Assembly: GCF_036321535.1 (NCBI RefSeq)
Contig: NC_087446.1
Span: 1,242,001-1,306,000 of the forward strand
Length of the DNA stretch: 64,000 bases
Source of the DNA: Camelus dromedarius
Taxonomy: Eukaryota
Direction of reading: 5' to 3'
Shown here one piece after another: positions 37,250 through 49,935 of the stretch. Within the stretch, counting starts at the first letter, position 1. Every line of letters begins with the position of its first letter. Under the pieces are notes generated by a model. The model was not told where the DNA came from. It saw only the letters and a program-made list of their open reading frames with translations, and did not search any database. Made by a program: the position numbers and the translations under genes.

Positions 37250-38085
37250 AGGTAATGGAACATACAAAGAACTCCTGTAACTCAACAGCAACAAAGCCAC
37301 TCGATTCACAAACGAGCAAAAGACGGGAATAGAAGTCTCTCCAAGGAGGATGCTCAGCTGGCCGGCAGTCACGGGAAGAGGTGCTCGGCGTCGTCAGCCG
37401 CCAGGGAAACGCGAGTCTCAGTCCCAGCGAACCGCTGCCTCCCGCCTGCAAGGACGGCGGCGACGCGTGTCGGCGAGAGGTCGCGGCGGCCACACTCGGC
37501 CGGCGGGGGTGTGACCTGGTGAACCCATGGAGGTTTAGCAGCTCCTCAACGTGGTGAGCAGACTTACCACATGACCCAGCAGGCCCCGTCCGAGGCACAC
37601 ACGCGAAGAGCTCGGGCCAGGGCTCAGAAAGGCTCCCGTGTTCATAGCAGCACGTGCACAACAGTCGGAAGGTGGACTCGACCCAGGTGTCCGTCAGCAG
37701 ATGCGTGAATGAGCGAGTGTGGTCTCTCGTACAAGGGACTGTCGCTCAGCCTTGAAAAGGAGGGAGCCTCTGACACGCGCTGCGTCAGCGGTGAGCCTTG
37801 AGGACGTTACGCTCAGGGACGCAAGCGGTCAACAGAGGACACACGCTGCGGTCCCACTTACAGGAGGTCCCGGAGGAGTCAAGTCCTTAGAGGCAGGAAG
37901 CAGAGGCTGGGGGCCCAGGGCTGGGGCGGGCGACGGGGAGGGAGCGTTTGGCTGGGGCAGAGTCTCGGTCTGGGGAGGTGAGCGTGCTCTGGACGGTGGT
38001 GACGGCCGCACAACAACGCGAACGCTCCTAACACCCCTGCGTGATGCACTTAGAACGACTAAACACGTATTTCCTGTTACACCCT
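37250..38085 (+). mobile_element. L1MB-type ORF2 end + 3'UTR, strongly GC-shifted
   Basis: CATACAAAGAACTCCTGTAACTCAACAGC...TTACCACATGACCCAGCA...CCCGTGTTCATAGCAGCAC...CTCAGCCTTGAAAAGGAGGG...GACGGTGGTGACGGCCGCACAACAACGCGAACG. Confidence 0.85.
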
Positions 38086-38633
38086 AATAAGAGAAACTCA
38101 AAAGGCAGCGATGAAAACCCATCACTTCCTCATGATTCCAGTGCTTCCCACTGCATTCTGTTTTTGTAGGTTATAGCATCGGTCACTTCTGGCGGTCACC
38201 TGCGGTGCCTATCCTCAGTCCTCGGGGGAACGGCTGCCCACACAAGCCCCACACAGAGGCTAGTTGGCCTCAGGACCAGATCTGCTCAGAGCTCCCCTTA
38301 CGCAAGTGAAATAGGCTTTGAAGAAACGTGGAAAGTCAGCGGGGGTCAAACGTGGAGGCGGAGGGGCCCGCCCGCCCCCCGCCCCCCGCCCCACCCCCGG
38401 TGGTCCCTGCGCAGCTTTGAGCACAGGTGTTTTACACGAAGGCTCCTGGAACCCCGGGGCTGCCTGTGCCCAGGGATGGCTGCGTGGGTGTGGGTCTGGG
38501 CGCCAAGCCCCCCCGGGTGAACCCGCTCTGGGGCTGAGCCCCTTGCACGGCCCTTGCTGGACACTGGTGGCCTCAGAGAATGCACCCTCCTGCAGAGATG
38601 CACGCTTTCCCTTAAAGAAATAGGTCACTTCCT

Positions 38634-38915
38634 GTGTGATGTTTTGTATTTCTGTGGTATTGGTTGCAACATCTCCATTTTCCAGATACGTTTGCAGATA
38701 CTGACTGGCATATATAAAACAGATAAACAAGATTACACTGTACAGCACAGGGACATGTATTCACTATCTTGTAGGAGCTCATAGTGAAAAGGAATATGAA
38801 AATGAATACACGTGTGTTCATGTACGACTGAAAAACTGCACTGTGCACCAGACACTGCCACAACGTTGTAAACTGACTCTACCCCAGTAAAAAAATTCAA
38901 AAAATAATTAAAAGA
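38634..38915 (+). mobile_element. Camelid-type L1 3' end with 5' inversion
   Basis: Sense 3'UTR 38691-38915; antisense ORF2 piece 38634-38690 (LENGDVATNTTEIQNI); 20-bp TSD at 38614-33 / 38916-35 (18/20 identical). Confidence 0.9.
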
Positions 38916-39173
38916 AAAGAAATAGATCGCTTCCTAAAGGGAAAAGAAACACTTTTATCCTAGAAAAGCAGTAAGATGCCGAACTGTACACACAAAGGAC
39001 GTGAGCGGGCAGTAAGCCAGGGGCCGTGTGAACACCCGCCGCACGTTCGCTGAGGCTCTTCTACCACAGCTCACCCCTTTCCCCGACATTGCGGTTACGC
39101 TTTCTTGTTAGGACCAGATTCTATTGGATTTAAATAAATTAATGAATAATAACCCGCTTTGTGGTTCACAAAT

Positions 39174-39562
39174 TGGGTTAGTCCTGGTTCTCCAATGGGG
39201 GGTGTGTGTGTGTGGAGATTTATTATTTGGAATTGGCTCACATGATGGGCTCGTGGGGGTGAGAACCCAGACCGGGAGACCTGGTGGTGCGAGCTCGTCT
39301 CAGTCCAAGGGCAGGAGGAGGCTGCTGTCCCTGCTCACAGTCGGGCAGAGAGAGTGAGTGAGTTCTACCCGCTCCACCTTTTTGTTCTACTGAGACCTTC
39401 AAGGCATCAGATGAGCCCCCCCAGGGGACCGGCATCTCTGAGCCCACCGCCTCCGATGCTCATGCATCAGGAAACCCTCCCAGACACACCTAGAGCAGCG
39501 TGTAGCCAGGAATCTGGGCTTCCCGTGGCTGGCCAAGTGGGCACGTGAAGTGAACCATCTCA
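39174..39562 (-). mobile_element. MLT2-type ERVL solo LTR
   Basis: GGAGATTTATTATTTGGAATTGGCTCACATGAT...CCCTCCCAGACACACCTAG...GGCCAAGTGGGCACGTGAAGTGAACCATCTCA. Confidence 0.85.
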
Positions 39563-39589
39563 CGTGGATGACCTGTTTCCTGCAGAGAA

Positions 39590-40040
39590 CACAGAAGAGC
39601 TAAAGGAAAAACTAAATGAACTAAAAATGATTCTAAAGGTTATTCGGAAGAATTTACGTGGAAGGAAATTTGAGGGGCAAACAGAGAGTAATGAAGAGTG
39701 ATTCAGTGATTTAAATACTGGGTCATAGTGGTGGGAGGGTCCCGGAGGAGGCTGGGAAGGGAGACCTCGAAAAGGCACTTTGAAGCCTCAAAGCAACAAA
39801 ATCTTAGAAAAATGCAAGCGGAGACACATGCAGACCCCTAAAGGCGCACTTGGGGGCCTCTCACACAGGCGTTTTATTCCAGGAGGAATGGGGCTCTTAG
39901 CCCCGACCCGAGATGGGGGCTGATGATTTCGGTCACCAGCTCGAAGCTTCTGCGGGTGCAGACTTCACAGGGAGTCAATGTATAAACGTAAAAGGCCAAA
40001 CACGGAAGCCCAGGGCTGTGTGCGGGTCAAGCACCTGTGA
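39590..40040 (+). mobile_element. Probable old L1M ORF2 fragment
   Basis: GAACTAAAAATGATTCTAAAGGTTATTCGGAAG...TAAACGTAAAAGGCCAAAC. Confidence 0.45.
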
Positions 40041-40540
40041 TCTGGGGAGCACCGGAGAAGGCTACGTGCGAACACATCAGCAGCGAGAGCGAAGCTACAC
40101 ACACTTGTGCCCAGAATGCTGCCCAGCCTCCGGCAGGACGGCCGCCTGTCATTCCCCGCCTTATTCGTGTCCCCCTGAACATATGTGCTCAATATCGAGA
40201 CATTTGTATTACAAGAGAAAGCTCTGTTTGGCCGCGGAGGAGCAGGCTTCGCGTGCTGCGGGATCGGGCTTCCTGCCTTTCACGTGAAATGGGCGCGTCT
40301 GCGCCCACGAAGGGGACCGAGCGCCTGCGCCTCTGCTTCCCTGTCTTTCTCTGATTTTGGAATCATGTCTTTCTGTGCTTTCTGCCCTAATCTCCGCTTT
40401 CAAACAAACAAATGAGGCAACTCACTGCTTGGAAATTAACTTTTCCTCCTGTAAGTTCCTAACATTTTTGAGGGAGAGACGCTGCGACTGCAGCCTTCAC
40501 TCGCTCCCTCCTGTTTACCTGCTCAGAACATCTGATTTGG

Positions 40541-40812
40541 GTGCTTTGTGTCTGTCTGTGCGGGGGTGTGAGTGAGTGTGTCTGTGGTGCGTGGTGTGCG
40601 GTCCGTCTGGGGTGTGGGGGTCTGTGTGTCTGTGCGGGGTGTGTGTGTGTCTGTGTGGGGGGGTGTGTGCATGTGTGTGTGTCTGTGTGTGTGTGTCTAT
40701 GTGTGTGTGTGTGGGGTGAGTGTGTGTGTGTCTCTATGTGTGTGTCTGTGTGTGTGTGTCTGTGTGGGATGTGTGTCTGTGTGTTGTGTGTCTGTGTGGG
40801 GGGGTGTGTGCT
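40541..40812. repeat. Imperfect (TG)n microsatellite
   Basis: GTGTGTCTGTGTG repeats. Confidence 0.9.
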
Positions 40813-42024
40813 CACAAACACAGCTCTAAGCAGTGATGCGCCCTGGTCCTCGCCCCCCGCCTCCCCGGCTCCGGGCGCCCGTGCTGAGCGCCCCCTCGGG
40901 AAGGACAGTGTTGGGACAGCACGAGGCCGGGCCCGCCCTCCAGGTCTGCCATCTTCCCTTCCGTTGCCCGCCTCCTCATTCTGTCTGTGTTTGGCGGTGA
41001 CGCTGCGCAGTCACCTGCTGCCCGTGTGCCTGTGTCCTGGGCGTGACTTCCATGGCCTCCAAAATGGAGTCATTTCCGTCACAACCCGCAAAGCCCAGCA
41101 TCTGCTCTGGGACAGTCGCTGTCCTGTGTCCCTGCCACACCATTAAGGGGGTGTCCATATGACCCCTGAATCCCTTGTGGGGAAACTGAGGCAGAGCTCA
41201 GTTCAGGAGCTGGTGGTGGGGCCAGTGAGTCGGGAAGGCCCCTCCCCCACCTGTCCCCCCTGTGTTGTGCACTTGGCTCCGCCCACCCCGGGGGCGGGGA
41301 GGCGGCTGATACCCTCCCACATTTCTTACCTCTGTCGCGGGGGATGGACCCTCACGCATGTCTCCACTGAGGGGCTGTGCGAGGGGCCCACGCGCCCCCA
41401 GGCCTCCCGCCGTGGAAGGTTCGATCCTCTCCAGGGCCAAGCCTGGGGTTCACGGAGCACGACCCACCGGGCCAGGGGCGGCTCGTGGCGCCGGGTGGGT
41501 CTGCGAGCCCGTCCCCAGGGGAGCGCCTGCAGGACGTGCAAGGTGGTGTCCAGGACCGGGAGGAAGCGGCTCCGCCCGGTTCAGAGCTAAGCCTCCTGCT
41601 TCTGCCCTGAATTTGCAGGAGCAGGGAGTTTATCGGACATTTCCTGTAACACCTGAAAAATACTCATGCTCTCCATTTAGTTATTGCTTCTCGCGCATCT
41701 GGCTCCCCAGGCCAGAATCTCAGAAGGAAAAGAGACAACGTGGAATCTAGGAGACTCTTCCACCAAGAACCCCCCAGACGGAGGACCCCTGCTCCCCACG
41801 TTTCCTTCTCAGGTGCTCCTGTGAAACCTGCTTTAATGTCAAAATTGTGTCAGGAAAAAGCGTCCAAGATGTGGGAAAGGGCAAACTCAGGCCCCAGGCA
41901 CCCTCAGTGGGTGTGGGTGTCGTTCAAGGGCCCTTCGGGACGCATCAGGGTCCGCATGGCGGCGCCTCGGCTCACCCCGCATCCGGGGTCCTCCACCGCG
42001 GCTTCCTGGAGACAGAGACCGCTT

Positions 42025-42060
42025 GCTGATTGATCGCAGGAATTAATGAGAAAATACTTA

Positions 42061-42091
<31 letters not shown>

Positions 42092-42665
42092 ACTGTAGTC
42101 TTTAATTCAGCCCCCCTTTAATGCAGAGCTGTGCATCTGAAGTCACAGGGCCAGGATTTCTGTGCCCTAAGTCAAATGTAAATAAGACAAATCATCAGAC
42201 ACTCCTTTTCTTTTTCTTTTATCTGCTTCTATTCCTATGCCTCTAATCAATTGCTTCAGGGGAAAAAACCTTCCAAAATAAAATGTACTGAAGATCTTTC
42301 TTTTCTTTTCCTGGAGTAATTTATCCAAAACCGTTAAAATCATTGAGTTCACAATCGTTACCTCCTAATGGTTCCTGAGCCCGATCCTGCCCTGCGGCGA
42401 CTGACGTGGAGGGGAATCTCCACTCTTTTCCTCAGTCTTGCCGAATCCCAAGGTCAGCGCGGGAGCCACAGCCACACCGGCCCGAGCTCGGGTTCACAAA
42501 ATTAATGGCCTCATTAATAGAAATCATTATTAAGCCACACAATTAACATCTTAGAGCAAAACTCAACCTTTAAATAAAACCCCTAGATGGGCCAGTGGAT
42601 GGATTTAGCAAACATTTATTGAGTTTCTGCACAGCGTTCGCCATTCCCGTCCAGATAAAAGTGCT
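42025..42665. promoter_or_regulatory. Large AT-rich, homeodomain-motif-dense island (candidate enhancer) with poly-T run
   Basis: TGATTGAT, GAATTAATGAG, CTAATCAATTG, AAATTAATGGCCTCATTAATAG, TCATTATTAAG, CAATTAAC; T run at 42065-42091. Confidence 0.5.
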
Positions 42666-45600
42666 TGGTACAAACTGCCTTTGTCTCAAAAGGGGCAACT
42701 GAGAACGTCCTTAGAGAAGAGGAGTCCGTGATGTGCATCAGGAGAAACACAAGTGGAAGAGGCTCAGAAGAGTGTCCTTGTGTCCAAGCCACACACCAGG
42801 GTGCCTCCTGGTCTCCTGTGCCAGGTCATCAAGGTCATCACTGGCTGCAAGGCGGGGCCCCGAGCCGCGCGCGCCTGAGTCACCCGTCACTCCCTCCCGG
42901 TGCAGCGGCTGCGGTGCGACCTGGAACTCCCACCTGAAGGGTGCAGAGTGCGCTCACCCGTCGCCCTGCAAGGACGCTCTCCCAGGGAAATGACAGGTGA
43001 GCGCAAAGAGGTGTGTGTGTGCGCAAGCGGGCATCTCTCAGCGACAAGTCAGAAAACAACGGAGCAGCCAGCAGCAGCGGAGCGGTTACGGGAAGAACGG
43101 TGCGCGCTTGGAGCCCGGCCCCACGTGGGCGCTCCCCGCGGAGCACCGACATGCACGCGTGCTTCCTGCCTCCCTGACAGAGCCGCCGCCAGAGGGAACC
43201 GTCCGTGTGGCTCTCTCGTGGAAAACAGCCCACGCGCCCACACACGCGTACGTGCGCAGACCCAGGTCTGAGACCAACGTGGGTGAAGAAGTGCCCTTCT
43301 GGGATCTACTTCACAGCCAGGGAGGCAGGGTGCCCCTGGCCGAGGGGAGGCGTGAGCTGGAGGGTGGGAGGGCGCAGAGAACGGAGACCCCGCCGGGGAC
43401 CTCGGTGCCTCCGGCCGCAGGAGGCGGAGCAAGTCAAGAAGGGCCCCTCCTGGGTATACAAAGCCTGCGGCCCCCCGCTCAGGTGTCAGCGCGGCCCTGG
43501 GCACGCAGAGGGCCTAGCGAGGCCCCTCCCCACGGGGGCCGAACTCAGCGCCTGGTGCCCTGTCCCCCATCCCACTCCCTGCCAACGAGGTGAAACTCAC
43601 ACAGCACTCGCGCTTAGCAGGCAAGAGGCATGAACACCCCTGGAACCGAGTCCCCTGCGAAGGGCACCCTCCCCGTGCGCCCCTCCGTGCTCCGACGGGT
43701 CCTCCCTGCTTTGTTTCTGCTCTGAATGGAGACGGTCTTGCCGAGCATGCTTTTTCTTTAGTTACACCCCTTGGAAAACCTCATACCAGCATTTTCTTTG
43801 GGCTCGGGAAGCCCCCAGATTGGGGGAGATGGCGTGAAGCTTCACCCCCTGCCAGGAGGACGTGGGTGGAGTTCAGTGTCCCTTGCAGACTGCGCGCCGG
43901 CTCCTCTGCGTGCGAAGGACCCTCTAAGGGGACCCTGCTGTCCCTGGGCGCTGTGAGGGTTAGGGAGCGAGGGCCATCAGTCCAGCTGTTTGTTCTGTCT
44001 GAAACAGTTACGTCTCCAGCAGTTTCAGCTGCCGCGTTGTGACCGTTCCTGCACCGCCTGAACACGCACAGCGGGCCCGCCGAGCTCCCCGTTCACAGGG
44101 TTGGTCGCACGGCGGGCCTCCCAGCCCAGGGCCGCGCTCTCCACCCCAGAAGAGCCCGCGGCCCGTCTCTCTCTCCCTGGGCGTCTTCACCGTATGGAAG
44201 ACGGGGCCCTTTCCCGAACTCGGAGGCAGCCACCAGGGTTAGGTGACACGTCTCAGTTTGACACCAGTGCTTCCAAAACCGTGGGCTGTCGCCGCGCGTC
44301 CTGCTCCCTGGGCTCCTCTTCTGGCGTTAGATCTGGCCGCAGGGAGTCCAACAGATGCTGTTAGTGACAGTCACTCAACGCCCTGAATACGGTCACAGCA
44401 CGGGCGAGCGTCCTTTCGGCAGCTTCTCCCCTTTGGCCCCGAGCTGTGGTCCCCGGGCTCTCAGACAGCCGGCAGTAGAGTGCGCGGGGCAGCCGCCCGA
44501 TGACGAGGCTTCCGTCCACCTCCCTCCCAGGGCCGCTTCGCAGCGCAGGCGCCCGGCGCTGCTCCTCCCGCGCTCAGCCCTGCAGGGAAGACCCACGGCT
44601 GGTCAGCCCTCCGCCGCCAGGCGCGGTGTTAGGGGAACGCCTCTGCCTGGGTGTCACCGCTGGGTGTGTGAGGGCGCCCACCTGACGGAACGCTGCTCTC
44701 GCAATCCCGGCAGCACTAACAGAAACGGTGCCCGAGATCTATACGCGCGTTGGCGGAGGCGTGGCTGAGGATTAGACCACCCCTTTAAGTGTGCTCATCA
44801 GTTTTAAAATCAGGGTCTGACCACAGGAAAGTTAAATTGTTTATACGAACAAGTCTCAGATCCAGGATTCCTGGAAGTGGGGGCAGCCCCCGGCACGCCG
44901 TAACCCCCGGGGGAGGCCCTGTGCCGGATGCGGATGCGGTGGCCGCCAGCCGCCGGGCCAGCGCGCAGCCCTCGCGGTGGGGGGTCGCATCCTCTGAGTT
45001 AAGCCCAGAAGCCTCATCTCTCGCCCCTCCTGACTTCTGGAGCGACGGGAAGTAAGACAGACGGAAGGACCAGAATTCCACGTTGAAACCTCGCCCAGAG
45101 GGACAAATACTCGCCCTCGGCGACGTCCTCACAGGCGTACAACGTAGATGCCATCATCAGGCCGCGCCCGCAGCAGAAGGAGGGCTTTTTCCAGCTCCCC
45201 TCATCCCAGGAACATGGACTCGAGCGCCTCCCGCACTCGGCGCCCTCACACAGGCACAGAGTCAGGCCACCTCTCAGGGAGGACCAGCCAGCACCACATG
45301 CCGGGGCCACCACCCTGCCCACAATCCGTTTCTCTGTTGAGTAAATCTGGGCTCCCAACAGTCACCCCCTGTGCCAAGTCAGAGGATGTTGAGTCATCTT
45401 CCTAAATAGAACATGTCTCTTGAAAACACTGGGTGCTCGAGCCCCGGAGCACACAGGATGGCAGGAGGGCTCGGGACCACGCGTCCCCCGGAGGACGGAG
45501 CTGATGGAGACCTGGCTGGGAGGGGAGCTCGTCTGGGCTGCGTTTCTCTGTGATCACGAGGGGGAAGGCGGCCCGGGCTCTGATGTAACCCAAAGGCTGA

Positions 45601-48600
45601 ATCGGGTCCAAGTGTTCTGTGTGCTCAGTAAATGCTCTTCCGTAGTGAGAAATTCTCCTTCAAACCAGTAGGAAGGGATTCAGAAACCAATTACTGCTCG
45701 GCGCAGTTCAACTCAACAATGAGGAAATGCTTTTCATCTGCAGCTTCCCCGGGCAAAGCCCCTCCCCTGCCCCCTGAAAGGCAGCAGCCGGCCACTCGCC
45801 GGGGGAGACGCCAGGAGCACTGCACCTGCTCCTCCACTGCAGGGGAAGCTCCTCCTCCAGACGGAACAGCTCCAGGCTGGGCAGGGATGCCGACCCTCCC
45901 CGGGGACAAGCCCACCCGCACCACGCTCGGGGGCCGCAGACCTGCCCTGTCATCCCCCCGCTCGTACGAACTGAGGCTCTCAAATGCTTCCGTCGAAAGA
46001 GCAGGGTCTGCGTGATGAGTCACCACAGGAGGTGCTTCCACCTGGAGGAGATCTGAGCCCTGTGCCTCATTACAGACTCAACCCCACAGAATGCGCCCTC
46101 TTGCCAACAGGACAGAGAGTCGGCGCCATTCCAGGTGGGGGGACAGGATTCCGCTAGCTGTCGGCTGGAACTTACGTTTTAGGCAGTGAACTCCTGACTT
46201 AGAGGATGAGGCGTGTCTGTGAAAGCCTCCATCAGTGCTGGTGACCCAGCTTACCCCCGGCCCCCAGGCGCCAGCGCAGAGCTGGACCACAAGTCTAGAG
46301 GGGTCAGCCTCTCCTCTCTGACTGGCTTTGCAACCAGTCAGGAGATAGGAAAGGAGTTTGCTGGTGGCAGATCCAATTACCATCACTTCTACAGGAAGGC
46401 TGACTTCTGGAGAGCATCCTTCAGGGACGCAGCCCCCAAGCCCATCCTTAAATCCGCTCCCTGCCATCCACCCGGGCAGAGACATGGTGGGCCCTGCAGA
46501 CAGAATGCCCACCTTCCACCCCGAAACTTGCCCTTTCTCAAGAAGCAGCAAAACACAAGCCACTGGTCACAGACGCGGAGATAGACAGGAGGGGCTGGAC
46601 ACGTGTTCCCCGGGCTTTACTCCAATCAGCAGGGTCAGCCCACTCCCTCCAGGGACCAGGGGGAGGGTCCAGGGCCAGAAGTGAGAAAGGTCCCCCACCT
46701 CCAAATCCAGGTCAAGCCAACCCTCCAGACACCTGGTGATTCAAGGGCCCAGGTTAGGGACTGAAACAGGCCAGACGCGTGGGCAGGCGGTGGCGGGAAG
46801 ACAACGAGCCTGCGGTCTCCGGACTTTCTCCTTAGTTACAAGAGACCCCGGGAAGCCGCTCAGACCACCCGGCCCCACCCACGCCCTGCCCCTGACAGAC
46901 AGGTCACGCAGCGGGTGGTGACAGGTCACCCCCTCTGCTTAGGCTGTGCCCCCCCCCCCCAGGAAGGAGCCACCCCCACGGGGCCCAGGACCCTGCAGCA
47001 CCACGGGCTTAAGTGGCATCTCTCTTATTCATAGGTTTCTTGCTTAAAACTTCAAAAAGGGCTTCTGAGCCAGTTAAATAAACATCCAGCCTGTGTACTG
47101 AAGGCAGCAAGTGCCAATTAAGACTGTTTGGGATAAAAGGACGTAAGGACCCTCAAGCCCAAGGCAGCTGGGGGAAGAGCAGGAACTCAGGAAGGCTGCA
47201 GGAGCAGCTGGATCCAGGCGCTGGCCACCCCGGCCTTCACCTGCTCGGTCCTTCCTTTGCTCTTTGGCCAGTGTCCTTCTGTCTCACACAGGTGCCAGCT
47301 GACAGTTCCTAGGTTTGTACCTTCAGCTTCCACTGCTAGAACAGAAATGCTCATCCCAAGGCCAAAACCATCTTGAAGGAACCTCCTTGTCCAGGGTGGA
47401 GTCAGACGGTCTGCAGGGCCAGAGGTCCCAGAGGCGGGGCTCAGCTGGGCCCCCAGAGTGGGTTCATGAGCACACGCCCCACAGTGAGGCCTGGACGCCA
47501 CCCACCAGGCCTGCGCCCACCCCAGTGTGGCTCTAAGAGGCTGCACCTTCCTTCCCGGAGGATGCGTGAGAGGAGGGGGTGAGGAAGGCCGTGGGTTTTT
47601 AAAACCCATTATGAAGGGTCATAAAAGAAAAGTGTTCCAGACCCACTTGTCCTGGGGGTGGCCTCGCACACTCCATGAACATGCCCGAGGTCACCTCCTA
47701 AGCACCAGCGGGCGGGCGGCACCGGGTCCCCCGAGGTGATGGCTGGGCCCGCAGGGTAGATGGCGCTCTGTCCACAGTTTCCAGGTCTGGGAGTCGCCCA
47801 GTCACCCCCACAACGGCAGACACCTCACCCAAGTCCACAGCTGGGGCTCCATCAGGAGGGGGCACGAGGCGGCAGACGTGAGAGACACCGGGCGCCCGAC
47901 GCGGGATGAACGACCCAGCCGTCCCAAGCGGCGCTGGGCTAGGTAACTCCCGTCATCCTCCACCTGGGGAGGGCGTCCGCTTCCCCGTGGTCGCCCCGAC
48001 TGCCTGCGCCAGCTTGTCACCCGTGAGATCCAATCCGCGTCAAGTCTGGTCCCTGGACCAGGTGCACAGGCTCCGTTCCCCAGCAGGCAGCCCCGAGCAC
48101 GGCGCTTTCCTGCCCCGGCGTGGGGGCCCCCGGAGAAGGCCCCCCCCACGGGCTAAGGGGGCCGGTGGAGCTGAATCAAGTCATTGGTGTCTGGATGCCT
48201 CTGTGCGGAGAGCAGCCCGTCCGTCCGTGGGGGGGAGTGTGGCTGCTCCGCTCTCGGCATCACGGCGCCCGGGGCCACGGGCTCCCGGAAGGAGGGCGGG
48301 GCCTCCTGCTGGCCCCGCCCCGAGAGCGGGGGGTGGGGGGTGGGGTGGGGGGAGGGGAGGCCCCCGAGACGTTCGCTAAAGGGGGAGCAACGCAACAGAA
48401 GCGGAGGACGCGTCCTTGGCCCCTCGGTCCCGTCCCAGCCCCGCGGCCGGCACCCGCCCGCCCCGCCCCAGTCCTCCCCCCTCTCCACGCCCGGCACACT
48501 TTCCGCAGGGCTCCGCCAGGCTCTCCCTAACTTCGTCGCACCTTCTAGCTGCTCAGCTCCTGCGTGCGGCGGAGGGGTGGCTCGTTCTGTCTCCATGAAG

Positions 48601-49759
48601 CCTCCCGAGGCAGGCCCTGGGACGCGGGGGGGGGGGGGGGGGTGGGGGGGAGACCGTCAGCGCTGACGTCCCGGGGCGTTTCCGTCGTGTGTCCGAGGAA
48701 GCTGAAGACACTCAGGCAGGCGGTGCTGTGTAAGTTTTGGCGTAGATACTACGCAACCCCGGTGTAAGTGCTTCAAGAGTAGAAATGACGATTCCATCTA
48801 AACCGCAGAAGGATCGAATCAGTCACCTGCGAGGCGAGAGTGCCGTGCGGGAGGGGGGTCAACAGGGGCCCTCCGCCAGGGGGCCTGACGGACAGCCTGC
48901 CGTGCCGCTGGCCACCGAGCGCGCAAGGCAACACGCATGCTCGAGAAAGCCTCTCTCTGTATAGACAGAGATAGGTAGATAGACGGACAGGCAGACAGAC
49001 AGACAGATGAGGACTCGACCCAGTGATGCTTACAAGAGGCAGAAAGAGAATGACTCAGAAAGACGGCAGGCGAGGTGCGCAGTCACCAAGCAACACCCAG
49101 CGGAAGCCAGGCTGGCACGGCCCGCCCGGGCACACCCACGCGGAGCGGCACCCGTTACGGAGGAGGAAGGGCGTCACCACGGCAGCAGAAAAGGGACTGT
49201 CCTTGAGAAATCTCAAGGAGAAATAGGCACACACACATCACGGCGAGAGGCGTCACCACAACTCAGTGACAGAGGCTGGCAGAGGAGGCTGTGGCACGTA
49301 ACGAGCAAGCCTGATGCAGCAACCGGCCCGAGCCGCGCACCTCAGACAGCAGGGGCACGTCAGCGCTCGCGGGACAGTCAGACACATTCCAGCAGTTCCT
49401 GGAGATCGGTGTTTACAGAATGCGTCCTCTGAACATCACGCATCAAAGTCAGAAGTAATTGAAAAAAGCCCCATAAACACGGAACTATAAAACCCATTTC
49501 TAGGGGAATTTACAACAAGATGCCGACAGAAACGCTGCACCTGAAGACTGCGGAGCACGGACGAAGGGCTGAGCTCTCTGCGGGGCTCAGACGGGACCTC
49601 TTCCCGGCCCTCGGGACGCTCTCTGCCGCCTGGAGGGGAAGCAGCCACGGACCACACCTGAGTGCACAGGTGAGTCTGTGCGCCGGTGACACCTGCACTG
49701 TGACACCGGGGGCGGGGCTGGGTTTGGCCCAAGGAGTGTAGCTTCCTCATTTAGAGGAA

Positions 49760-49935
49760 AACATAACGTTTAATACATATAGTTTATTTTTAATATTACA
49801 TTGAAATATTTTATATTAAAAATAAACTATATATATTATAATTTATATCTAAAATAAAAATAATTTTTAAAGTAAAAATGTATTTTATCATATATAAAGT
49901 TTGTAAATGTATTATATTGTATATGTATATACAGT
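49760..49935. repeat. AT-rich low-complexity tract
   Basis: Nearly pure A/T with (TA)n runs. Confidence 0.85.

Noticed and set aside
40459..41146. Cys/Val-rich and Thr/His-rich ORFs suggestive of metallothionein- or keratin-associated proteins
   Set aside because: Translation of a (TG)n microsatellite
46318..46341. CTGACTGG-N8-CCAGTCAG hairpin as an ncRNA/miRNA
   Set aside because: Stem too short for a pre-miRNA; expected by chance in 64 kb
47752..47770. GGGTAGATGGCGCTC CTCF-like site
   Set aside because: Lacks the conserved CC at the start of the core motif
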